DNA from: an uncultured virus (IMG/VR IMGVR_UViG_3300027833_000041)
Taxonomy: Duplodnaviria; Heunggongvirae; Uroviricota; Caudoviricetes
IMG/VR virus record: IMGVR_UViG_3300027833_000041
Direction: 5' to 3' (one strand)
Length of the DNA: 64,000 nucleotides
Shown here in pieces: positions 1 to 7,549 of this stretch; the first letter of the stretch is position 1; each line of letters starts with the position of its first letter. The notes beneath the pieces are model-generated. The model was not told where the DNA came from. It worked only from the letters and a program-made list of their open reading frames with translations, and searched no databases. Both the position numbers and the translations under genes were made by a program.

Positions 1-110
1 ACCCAAGTATCATTAAATTGATTCCACATTTTCACAATACACTCAAAAGTGTTAGTGGGTAATTCATTTTTTACATCCTTGTACATAGTTTTTACTTCAA
101 TTGTTTTCAT
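1..110 (-). CDS. Small early protein, truncated by window edge (MKTIEVKTMYKDVK...)
   Basis: Translated by hand; ATG lies within the 27-bp junction repeat; open to position 1. Confidence 0.6.
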   Translation of the reverse strand, partial: MKTIEVKTMYKDVKNELPTNTFECIVKMWNQFNDTW

Positions 111-112
111 TT

Positions 113-256
113 CTATTTTGTTTTAAAGGTTTCTTCATAAACTTTATTAAGCAACATCGTCCAAATAGGTAACTCCTCTTTAGTAGTTACTATTGGTGTG
201 TACTCACTTCTCTCAAGTTTCTCTGCTACTTGGTTTAATAATTCTAATCTTGTCAT
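113..256 (-). CDS. 47-aa early protein ending EETFKTK
   Basis: Translated by hand (MTRLELLNQVAEKL...); start and stop both lie in junction repeats. Confidence 0.65.
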   Translation of the reverse strand: MTRLELLNQVAEKLERSEYTPIVTTKEELPIWTMLLNKVYEETFKTK

Positions 257-460
257 TTCTCTTTTGTTTTAAAGGTTTCTACTACTGGTGCATAACTTTG
301 GGATACTTCACCCTTTCACCCAAACTGAACCATTAAACTCTTGGTGCATTACTTTGGGTTTCCAAAACTGCCACCAGCGAGGTGAGGATTCAACTACAAA
401 GGTTGTTTCTAATCTGCTCCATCCGTTTAAAGATTCTGTTACTTTGAATTGTGTTTTCAT
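253..460 (-). pseudogene. Cassette gene with an apparent +1 frameshift (MKTQFKVTESLNGW...)
   Basis: Stops at GGG TGA near 310; removing one G gives ...GEVSQSYAPVVETFKTKEK* ending in the junction repeat. Confidence 0.5.
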
Positions 461-681
461 TTCTCTTTTGTGTTAAAGGTTTCGTTGTAGTATTGTTCTG
501 CAGTCATCATTGATATGTGACTCACCTCATAAGCATTTATAATCACATCCTTATCTTTCTCAAGCATTGCCTTCTTGTTATTACGAATATGCTCAAGTAA
601 AGCCATTGCCACTCTTTCATCTGAGTCAAACATATGTGTTAGGTCTGACTCAAGTTTCAGTAGTTCTTGCATTGGTGTCAT
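457..681 (-). CDS. Hypothetical early protein ending ETFNTKEK
   Basis: ORF track; bounded by junction repeats. Confidence 0.75.
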   Translation of the reverse strand: MTPMQELLKLESDLTHMFDSDERVAMALLEHIRNNKKAMLEKDKDVIINAYEVSHISMMTAEQYYNETFNTKEK

Positions 682-700
682 TTCTCTTTGGTGTTAAAGG

Positions 701-931
701 TTAGTCGAGTAAAATCATATAAGCTTCAGCGTTCTCGCGGCGGAACCAACCTAAACCTTTTTGCATTACATCGTAGTGTTGGAGCAGTTGTGCACCCATA
801 ATTAGGTCGTACATGCTCAGTTCTTCTGCGGTAAGCTCTACACTTTCACCGGTGAATGGGTTTGAAACCGTGTCGCCGGTGGAGTATACCGTACCGTCAA
901 ACCATTTAGGCATTTCTTGTTTATTCTGCAT
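701..931 (-). CDS. Hypothetical early protein
   Basis: ORF in a tightly packed minus-strand run. Confidence 0.75.
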   Translation of the reverse strand: MQNKQEMPKWFDGTVYSTGDTVSNPFTGESVELTAEELSMYDLIMGAQLLQHYDVMQKGLGWFRRENAEAYMILLD

Positions 932-1307
932 CTTCTATTTCATTTAAGTAGTTATCGTAATTAGTGCATAGTTCACCGATCATGTACTGTTCAATTTCGT
1001 ACATAAGATCTTCTACGTATACAACCATACTGTCGTTCCAGCTGCCGTTGAGGTGGTTGAATATTTCGTAAGGACCTGGTTGGTAGTAGTATACGTTTTC
1101 GCTTAAGATTGGACCTTCATTGTCAACGTTGATTGTCCATACTTCGTAGCCATCAGCAGTAGACTCAGTGCCTACATAAACGTCATAGTTTGCCATGTAC
1201 CTATCGGTAAAAACATAAGCGGTATCGTTAATTGTGTTGAACTCTTTAAGTATGCTATCAAAGCCCGTGAGTTCTTCAGGGTTTGTTGGTATAAATTTAG
1301 TTTCCAT
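921..1307 (-). CDS. Acidic hypothetical early protein
   Basis: ORF track; D/E/Y-rich. Confidence 0.75.
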   Translation of the reverse strand: METKFIPTNPEELTGFDSILKEFNTINDTAYVFTDRYMANYDVYVGTESTADGYEVWTINVDNEGPILSENVYYYQPGPYEIFNHLNGSWNDSMVVYVEDLMYEIEQYMIGELCTNYDNYLNEIEDAE

Positions 1308-1558
1308 TATATTACTTCGTTTTGTGGTTGAATAAGGTTTGCATCGCCGTTAAACATAGTGCGTGCGTCGGTAGGCATGTCGCTATCGCTGAATACAACT
1401 AAGTTTGAAATGTCGCGAACGGTTAGTTCGTCCCAAAATAGTGTTGAATCTAGCTTAGCTATTACCATACCTACGGTAAATTTGTAGTCTAGCTGGTTAG
1501 CAATTAGTTTTGCTTTTACGTCAGGGTTAAGACGTTCGTAAAGTGATAATCTTTTCAT
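1307..1558 (-). CDS. Hypothetical early protein
   Basis: ORF; stop/start overlap with next gene. Confidence 0.75.
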   Translation of the reverse strand: MKRLSLYERLNPDVKAKLIANQLDYKFTVGMVIAKLDSTLFWDELTVRDISNLVVFSDSDMPTDARTMFNGDANLIQPQNEVI

Positions 1559-1571
1559 AGTATATAAAGTT

Positions 1572-2156
1572 TTAAATTAATGCGTGTGCAATTAAGTACT
1601 CTTCGAGCTCAGGTACGTCAAGGTAATTCAGCAAGCTGTCGAAGGACGTAGGGTCGCCGTGGCTGTCAAGTGTTAACCCCGAGTTGAAGGACATAGGGTT
1701 GCCGTAGCCGTCAAGTGTTAGCCACTTGTCATCGAAGTTGTAGCGATCGTTTTTACTTGCCGCAACTGTTTGACGTATAGTCAGTTGCAACATTTCGAAA
1801 GCTTCGTCGTTGTTAAGGTATATGTGGTCTTGTGGTGCGGTGATGTAGTCACACATTGCATTCCAGTGAGACACAAGTTGCTCTTCGCTAAAGTCGCTTG
1901 TCCAGTCGTGACCAGGGTACAAGTTTAGCACTTCGCTGTTTTGCCATTCGCATTCCCAGCCGTGTGCGTCGATAAACGCTTGCAGTGCGGGGTGAACGCC
2001 GAACACCCAATCGGGTGAAGTGTCATGGTAGCTAATGTAGTCAGTACCGTGAGTGCCATCAGCTAGTATAGCGGAATCCGTGCCCATTGTCGACATAATG
2101 TTTACACCGAACTTTTCGTGTAGCTGTCGCTCGAAGGTATTTTTAATTGTTGTCAT
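1572..2156 (-). CDS. Acidic hypothetical early protein
   Basis: 194-aa ORF directly downstream of 34-bp motif copy 1. Confidence 0.8.
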   Translation of the reverse strand: MTTIKNTFERQLHEKFGVNIMSTMGTDSAILADGTHGTDYISYHDTSPDWVFGVHPALQAFIDAHGWECEWQNSEVLNLYPGHDWTSDFSEEQLVSHWNAMCDYITAPQDHIYLNNDEAFEMLQLTIRQTVAASKNDRYNFDDKWLTLDGYGNPMSFNSGLTLDSHGDPTSFDSLLNYLDVPELEEYLIAHALI

Positions 2157-2175
2157 TTGTTATTCGTTTATTATA

Positions 2176-2460
2176 TTATCGTTCGCTGTTCGTATTAGTT
2201 TTGTAAAAGAGCCTAGACGCTAGAATAGCTATAACCTGGTTCATTGCCGTGGCATGTACTTCATTGTAATTGTCTATGTCTTCGGTTCTTTGGTAAATGT
2301 CTTCGTCTTCAATAGGCAACTGCCATAGTAAGGTGTCGTATAAATGTTCTTCTATATAGTCGGCTATTGTCTCACATTCGTCAATGAATGCGAAATCTGG
2401 GTCGATTACTTCATGGAACATACGGCCAATTCTGTTTTCAATTATTTCTTTCGGTGTCAT
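2176..2460 (-). CDS. Very acidic early protein
   Basis: ORF track; stop codon lies inside motif copy 1. Confidence 0.75.
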   Translation of the reverse strand: MTPKEIIENRIGRMFHEVIDPDFAFIDECETIADYIEEHLYDTLLWQLPIEDEDIYQRTEDIDNYNEVHATAMNQVIAILASRLFYKTNTNSER

Positions 2461-2464
2461 AGTA

Positions 2465-2677
2465 TTATCTTAAGCATGTACCGTAGCCTTTACGCCGCGA
2501 CGACTTTGCGATCGCTGCCGCTTGAGATTGGGACATAATTTGTATTTCGTTACCTGTCTTGTGGTTTGTAATTGGTGCACAACCGTACCGCTCGGTGTTA
2601 GAGCACGACACACAGTTGGTGTAGCCGTACTTAACGCGGATTGGGTGTACTTCTCGTGTACCGCATTTGCATATCAT
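2465..2677 (-). CDS. Small Cys-rich, putative Zn-finger protein
   Basis: CKC...CVSC; downstream of motif copy 2. Confidence 0.7.
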   Translation of the reverse strand: MICKCGTREVHPIRVKYGYTNCVSCSNTERYGCAPITNHKTGNEIQIMSQSQAAAIAKSSRRKGYGTCLR

Positions 2678-2733
2678 AGTAGTTTGTTTTTGTTACAAGT
2701 ATATTATCGACACTTGCTCGTGTTAGTCTTGTA

Positions 2734-2973
2734 TTAATAATAACTGCTCGACAGAGGTCTCTTAGCAAAGTCCGGAGCGTAAGTATTGTACACTTCGATC
2801 GCTTTACTACTATGACCTAGACGCTCAAGTAGTGTAAATATCTTCGCTCGACGGTCGTATTCATTACTCCAATGGGTTTCACGCCATGGGTTTTCCATGA
2901 ATTTAAAGTCGTGTGCTTGACACTCGTTTTCCAATGCCTCAATCGAGGCCTCTATCGCAGTTATATTTGTCAT
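2734..2973 (-). CDS. Hypothetical early protein
   Basis: ORF track; coupled to upstream gene. Confidence 0.7.
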   Translation of the reverse strand: MTNITAIEASIEALENECQAHDFKFMENPWRETHWSNEYDRRAKIFTLLERLGHSSKAIEVYNTYAPDFAKRPLSSSYY

Positions 2974-3215
2974 TATCTTATTTTTTTAATTTGGCTAGCG
3001 TATGCCCAGTGGTCGTTGTCTAAATCAACCGTTACATTACGGTCGTATACTTCACTCCATTCAACTTCTTCAACTAAGTCGCCATACTTGCCGCCTCGAG
3101 TAATTTCAATACTCTCCACGGTTGCTATTTTTACTGGATCGCCACCGAAGCCGCCTCTCCACCATACTTTGTCGCCTATTTTTAATACACTCATACTAGC
3201 AGTTTTTCGCTTCAA
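2973..3215 (-). CDS. Small SH3/KOW-like beta-barrel protein
   Basis: LKIGDKVWWRGG pattern. Confidence 0.6.
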   Translation of the reverse strand: MKRKTASMSVLKIGDKVWWRGGFGGDPVKIATVESIEITRGGKYGDLVEEVEWSEVYDRNVTVDLDNDHWAYASQIKKIR

Positions 3216-3600
3216 AAGCAGTTAGCATACCCATTAGCTTCATAATATCGTTAGGGTACTTTTCGCAATTAGTGGACTCCATTTCGTAGTACGCCTGGTT
3301 AGGGTACTTGTATACTTCGTCGCACCACCCAGCTTTGTAGTACAAATCCATATGTATTTTGTGCATTGTTTTCGTCTTAATGCGCTTGTTAATTGGCCAC
3401 ATAGTAATGTTGCCTGGGTTGCAGTCTTCAACCGCTTTATTGAAGCGATTAAGTAGACCGACTCTGAATCGGTTTTCAACGAAGCCGTCAAGTGAGTGTG
3501 CCACCCGTACATAGCCGGTTGATGGATACACCGCAGCAAGGCGGCCGTTTTTCAATTGGAAGTGTAGTGTTCCCTGTTTTGTAATGTGGTAAAGTTTCAT
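3196..3600 (-). CDS. Hypothetical early protein
   Basis: Downstream of motif copy 3. Confidence 0.75.
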   Translation of the reverse strand: MKLYHITKQGTLHFQLKNGRLAAVYPSTGYVRVAHSLDGFVENRFRVGLLNRFNKAVEDCNPGNITMWPINKRIKTKTMHKIHMDLYYKAGWCDEVYKYPNQAYYEMESTNCEKYPNDIMKLMGMLTAFEAKNC

Positions 3601-3644
3601 AGTAGTTATTTTATATTCGTTTATATTATCAACACGCTATCGTA

Positions 3645-3851
3645 TTACTTTTGTAATCCCATTTGCATTTCGTAGTCCGCTACCAAGTCGTCAATATCAG
3701 TAAGTGACAACTCAACTTCGTGTTCTTCACTAGAACAATCGTCCTCGCACTCCATCTCCGCCAAAGCAAAGTGGCGCATAACATCATCCCGCAGCGCTGG
3801 GTACTTCTCAATCACCTCTCGGCAATAAGTGTATAATTGGTACAATCTCAT
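3645..3851 (-). CDS. Hypothetical early protein
   Basis: ORF track. Confidence 0.7.
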   Translation of the reverse strand: MRLYQLYTYCREVIEKYPALRDDVMRHFALAEMECEDDCSSEEHEVELSLTDIDDLVADYEMQMGLQK

Positions 3852-4081
3852 AATTCGTTTTCGTTAGTTAATTGGTACGCTTGCTCTTTAGTGCAGTAGT
3901 ACACGTCTTTCGTCCATAGTGCTGGTTTGTATTGGTGCACCATATAGTTTACGTCATCTAAGTCGTGGCGTAATTCAACGAAATTCGCTGCATTCGGCAT
4001 TTTAGTTTCGTCGTAGTCGTATAGGTATACTTGCCCGTTTGAGTAATCAAGCACCGTAACATATTTGTAAGGTCGGTTCAT
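3848..4081 (-). CDS. Hypothetical early protein
   Basis: ORF track; 4-nt overlaps with neighbours. Confidence 0.7.
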   Translation of the reverse strand: MNRPYKYVTVLDYSNGQVYLYDYDETKMPNAANFVELRHDLDDVNYMVHQYKPALWTKDVYYCTKEQAYQLTNENEL

Positions 4082-4272
4082 AATCCTTCGTATTCGTTTT
4101 CATTTAATTCTCTAACAACTTTCGTGCCTAATCCATAAGCCTTTTGGTGTGCTTGCTCCAAACTCGAAGCGTAGACAACGAAAGACTCGTCACCATAGGC
4201 ACATAAATATAACTTATCCACGGTAGTCCCAAAGTTTAGTGTGAGAGAAAGTTTTGCCCTTACGGCTAACAC
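4078..4272 (-). CDS. Hypothetical early protein (true start probably near 4220)
   Basis: ORF track. Confidence 0.55.
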   Translation of the reverse strand: MLAVRAKLSLTLNFGTTVDKLYLCAYGDESFVVYASSLEQAHQKAYGLGTKVVRELNENEYEGL

Positions 4273-4417
4273 CCTTCATACCTGTTTTAGCACTCCACTC
4301 TTTGTAATTAGTGCCACTGCAAAAGCCGAACTCCTCAGTTGCCTCAGCGTGTCTCTCCGCCATCTCCTGCTTGCGCAATTCTTCACATCGTTGCATGTAT
4401 AGTTTCATTTCAGTCAT
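4214..4417 (-). CDS. Hypothetical early protein (MTEMKLYMQ...)
   Basis: Start moved to ATG at 4417, downstream of motif copy 4. Confidence 0.7.
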   Translation of the reverse strand: MTEMKLYMQRCEELRKQEMAERHAEATEEFGFCSGTNYKEWSAKTGMKGVSRKGKTFSHTKLWDYRG

Positions 4418-4571
4418 AGTAATTTGTTTTCTTGTTACACATATATTATCGATACCCAATCGTATTAGTTTTGTAAAACAAAAGTAACAACATCATTTAC
4501 TTAAAAAAAAAGAAGGGTAGGTGTAACACTAAGCCTCTATGTACCTAAAAAAAATGTTGTAAACGAAAAAG

Positions 4572-4616
4572 GTGACAATAGCTAATTAAGTAAATATAGT
4601 AGTAGGCTAACGTCGC
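4572..4616. promoter_or_regulatory. Palindromic site A: GTGACAATAGC-N23-GCTAACGTCGC
   Basis: Inverted arms; homologous to 6494-6537 and 63582-63626. Confidence 0.7.
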
Positions 4617-4721
4617 ACTTTTGGTGGAGGTGTATAGCACTTAAAAACCTTTGTGTAGGTTGGAGTATACTCTTCCGATGTTATCTCAGCATCAGGCCGG
4701 TGTATAGCAAAAAAGAGTTAC

Positions 4722-4907
4722 TTACTCTTCGTCGCTAGGTCTGTGTATGCGGTACACAAGATCACTTGGTTCACTTGCTTTAGCTATTTCTAAGAAGCGC
4801 TCTAACTTTGCAATTGTAGGTTTAAGGTCTTCAAAAGGCTGTTGTACTGGTATCGCAGCGTATAGCATACGTAGTTCGTCAGTTGTTAAATCTAAGTAGT
4901 GTTTCAT
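4722..4907 (-). CDS. Hypothetical early protein
   Basis: Downstream of motif copy 5. Confidence 0.7.
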   Translation of the reverse strand: MKHYLDLTTDELRMLYAAIPVQQPFEDLKPTIAKLERFLEIAKASEPSDLVYRIHRPSDEE

Positions 4908-5017
4908 AAGCTTTATTTCTTTATTGTATTATCGGTTAGAGTCCGTATTGTCTTTGTGAGTTGCAACAGCACCACAGATCGTGATGCTCGCTGCAGTGAT
5001 AACTAGTAGAGCAACCA

Positions 5018-5335
5018 TTACTTGGCTGGCTCTTGTAGTTCAACAATTGCCTCACTTGACAACACATTTTTAGGTGCGTTAGTACTTTGAGACCAGTAGC
5101 CTCTCTTAGCCCAACAAGGTAGGATGTTTAACTTTGGCAACATTACTTTCAACGCTTCATCGTGGTTGTAAGTTATAGTTTGGCCTTTGTTGTTAGTGAA
5201 GGTAATCACTTGGTTGCGACCTAGCCAAGACTTGCGGACGACAAAGTTCTTGCGTTCGATTGGTGGAAAGATTTCTGCCTTTTGTTCGTTTGACATGTTG
5301 GCAATCGCTTGAGTTAATAATTCTGATTTAGTCAT
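5018..5335 (-). CDS. Hypothetical early protein
   Basis: Downstream of motif copy 6. Confidence 0.8.
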   Translation of the reverse strand: MTKSELLTQAIANMSNEQKAEIFPPIERKNFVVRKSWLGRNQVITFTNNKGQTITYNHDEALKVMLPKLNILPCWAKRGYWSQSTNAPKNVLSSEAIVELQEPAK

Positions 5336-5383
5336 AGTATTTGTTTTTATTAGTTACATTTATATTATCGAATGAGTCTCGTA

Positions 5384-5572
5384 TTACTCTTGTATGTATA
5401 GTATAGTTCCTTCTTGATGGATATGCTCAGCTGTCCACACATCGACAGTTCCATTGGACTCTACGATCACATGTGTTGGTCCCTGTGGCTCATGCTCCAG
5501 TGTGTAGATGATAGTGGCAGTTGTTAGTAGTACTAGGGCTGTAGCAGCCGCTTTAATTAAGTTAATGTTCAT
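5384..5572 (-). CDS. Small membrane-anchored or exported early protein
   Basis: N-terminal hydrophobic segment; downstream of motif copy 7. Confidence 0.7.
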   Translation of the reverse strand: MNINLIKAAATALVLLTTATIIYTLEHEPQGPTHVIVESNGTVDVWTAEHIHQEGTILYIQE

Positions 5573-5692
5573 ATTGTATCTTTTTGTTACACTTATATTA
5601 TCGAATTCACTTCGTGTTGCTCTTGTATGTATAGCATCTTAGCTTTATGTTGTGGCGCGGCGTCCGCCTGATTACGAGCCCGATTGTTGTTG

Positions 5693-5824
5693 TTAGAACA
5701 TTACATCCTCTTCGATTGCGATCTGTACTTCTAAGAACTCAAGTAGTTCTGGTGTACGTTTGAAGTCTGTTGATGAGACGATCAGGTAAAGGTCATTCAG
5801 TAGTGAGAGATTGTCGTTGTTCAT
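5693..5824 (-). CDS. 43-aa early protein (MNNDNLSLLNDLYL...)
   Basis: Translated by hand; downstream of motif copy 8. Confidence 0.65.
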   Translation of the reverse strand: MNNDNLSLLNDLYLIVSSTDFKRTPELLEFLEVQIAIEEDVMF

Positions 5825-5881
5825 ATTGTTTCTTTTAGTTACATTTATATTATCGTGGTAGGGTCGTGGTAGTTCTGTAGG

Positions 5882-6061
5882 TTAGTCACGCTCAGAGCGG
5901 TAGTCGTCGTACCATTCTTGCAGTATCAAGCAGTACTCCATCTCAACGTCTGCATCACACAGGCCTGTGATGCCTGCTCTCTCACGTCTGCTTTGGCAGA
6001 TGTTCTTTGCAATTCTGTAAGCTTCAGCCGAGCGATCTGTGTAGTATTCTAGTTTAGTCAT
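5882..6061 (-). CDS. 59-aa first early protein (MTKLEYYTDRSAEA...)
   Basis: Translated by hand; downstream of motif copy 9. Confidence 0.65.
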   Translation of the reverse strand: MTKLEYYTDRSAEAYRIAKNICQSRRERAGITGLCDADVEMEYCLILQEWYDDYRSERD

Positions 6062-6133
6062 GTTATTATCTTTTGGTTACATATATATTATCGAACACCC
6101 ATCGTGTTAAGTCTGTAATGCTATACATGCGGG

Positions 6134-6302
6134 AACAGAACCAGGTACAGGTACAGTACCAGGTACAGGACCGGGTACAGACACAGGCACAGACCAGGGT
6201 AAAAGCCAGAACATTTACAGGGAACAGGACAGAGCACAGTTAGCAGACAGCCAGGACCAGAACAGAAACCTGGTAACCTGGAACGCAAAACAGAAACAGA
6301 CA
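6134..6302 (+). repeat. Strand-biased degenerate hexamer (NNNCAG) array
   Basis: About 22 CAG versus 2 CTG; 6-nt period from 6136 to 6190. Confidence 0.85.
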
Positions 6303-6493
6303 CGGGGGCTGGTCAAAAGAATTAGCTTTCCCATTCGGGGATTACCGTTGTATATAAGTGTGTAACACAATACCCCTATATATCTAACAGTTATATTCCG
6401 GGGGATATAAAAAGGCTAATTTTGCTTTATTTATATTTAAATGAGTATAAAAAATAAAAAAAAATTCCTTCGGAATAGGTTCGTTCTAAAAAC

Positions 6494-6537
6494 GTGACGA
6501 TAGGGTATTATAGTATATAGTAATAGGCTATTGTCGC
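6494..6537. promoter_or_regulatory. Palindromic site B: GTGACGATAGG-N22-GCTATTGTCGC
   Basis: Homologous to sites A and C. Confidence 0.7.
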
Positions 6538-6599
6538 TTATTAACTACCGTCTATACCGCGTGATCATACACGTATGACTTTAACTAACAATACATAAC

Positions 6600-6842
6600 A
6601 TGTCTCAGAAGCTGTCACCTCAAGCACGTCGCGATAAAGCCGCTCGTGATAAGGCTTATGCGATGACGCCTGCTCGGAGGGCTAAGAAAGCACATGCGCA
6701 GCGTGAGGCTAGAGCCAACCCGTCGGCAGCTGAGGGCAAGGATTATGACCATAAGGACCAGCGTTGGGAGTCACCAGCGCAGAACAGAGGCAATGATGGT
6801 GAAGGCACAAAGAAAGAAGGCGGTAAAAACTACAAAACATAA
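6600..6842 (+). CDS. Small basic protein, possibly a degenerate HNH-like fold
   Basis: GKDYDHKD...NRG pattern; first rightward gene. Confidence 0.65.
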   Translation: MSQKLSPQARRDKAARDKAYAMTPARRAKKAHAQREARANPSAAEGKDYDHKDQRWESPAQNRGNDGEGTKKEGGKNYKT

Positions 6843-6850
6843 CATGACAG

Positions 6851-7537
6851 ATGGCTAGAATTAGTACATACCCATTAGATCAGGACATTGTAGGTGAAGA
6901 CAAGGTAATCGGTTCCAATTCGGTTGGTGATATAACTAAAAACTACACTTTAAACGGCATATCAAGCTGGATGAACGCTTCGGGCAGCGTTGCTATTGCT
7001 GGTCAGAACAACTACGGCTTCGGTATCCCTGGAGCAACTGAGGGTGCTATCTCCGGCGTGGCTCCGAACACTGCTTTTTCAGCGATTTCAAACCTTACAT
7101 TTACTAGAACATCGGGTTCGGGCTACAGTGTGATCGATTATTTGCTCACTTTAGTGAATAGGAATGTAATTTTAGCACGTTTGGACAATACAGACAACTT
7201 TGGGGTCTACCGGTTGGATTCTTTAACTGTAGATCCAAGCAATGCTAACCTATACGATGCAGTATTCACGCATATCGTGTCAAACGGCAATATAACCGCA
7301 AATAAATACTACGGTTTTGCTGTATATCCAGAAATTTCAGCAGACAAGAACTTTACATTTGTTCAATCGACAGCTGCTACTACGTGGAACATCACTCACA
7401 ACCTTGGTAAATTTCCCTCGGTGTCTATAGTAGACTCTGGGAACACTATAGTACGTGGTAATATCGATTACACAAGCGAAAACGCATTAACAATAACTTT
7501 CTCTGCTGCATTTGGTGGCAAAGCCTATTTAAACTAA
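6851..7537 (+). CDS. Virion/tail structural protein
   Basis: MARISTY start; C-terminal WNITHNLG beta domain. Confidence 0.7.
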   Translation: MARISTYPLDQDIVGEDKVIGSNSVGDITKNYTLNGISSWMNASGSVAIAGQNNYGFGIPGATEGAISGVAPNTAFSAISNLTFTRTSGSGYSVIDYLLTLVNRNVILARLDNTDNFGVYRLDSLTVDPSNANLYDAVFTHIVSNGNITANKYYGFAVYPEISADKNFTFVQSTAATTWNITHNLGKFPSVSIVDSGNTIVRGNIDYTSENALTITFSAAFGGKAYLN

Positions 7538-7549
7538 CAAAGCAAACAC

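Larger units (their letters stand above)
107..702 (-). repeat. Four copies of a 27-bp gene-junction repeat GAAACCTTTAAMACMAAAGAGAAATGA (107-133, 253-279, 457-483, 678-702)
   Basis: Direct visual alignment. Confidence 0.9.
2172..6117 (-). promoter_or_regulatory. Nine copies of a 34-bp early promoter-like motif TACAR-N3-YAAYACGA-N8-CGATAATATA (2172-2205, 2700-2733, 3622-3655, 4442-4475, 4925-4958, 5361-5394, 5594-5627, 5846-5879, 6084-6117)
   Basis: Identical spacing in all copies; each lies about 15-26 nt upstream of a minus-strand ATG. Confidence 0.85.

Noticed and set aside
5645..5692. GC-rich intergenic patch as an ncRNA
   Set aside because: Only short, ambiguous pairings; insufficient support
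2172..6117. 34-bp repeats as a CRISPR array
   Set aside because: Spacing is 230-920 bp and irregular, the intervals are protein-coding, the repeat has degenerate internal positions, and no cas genes are present
6121..6303. 60-aa minus-strand ORF
   Set aside because: By-product of the CAG array (L/Y/C/P-rich), GTG start, lies upstream of the first promoter motif
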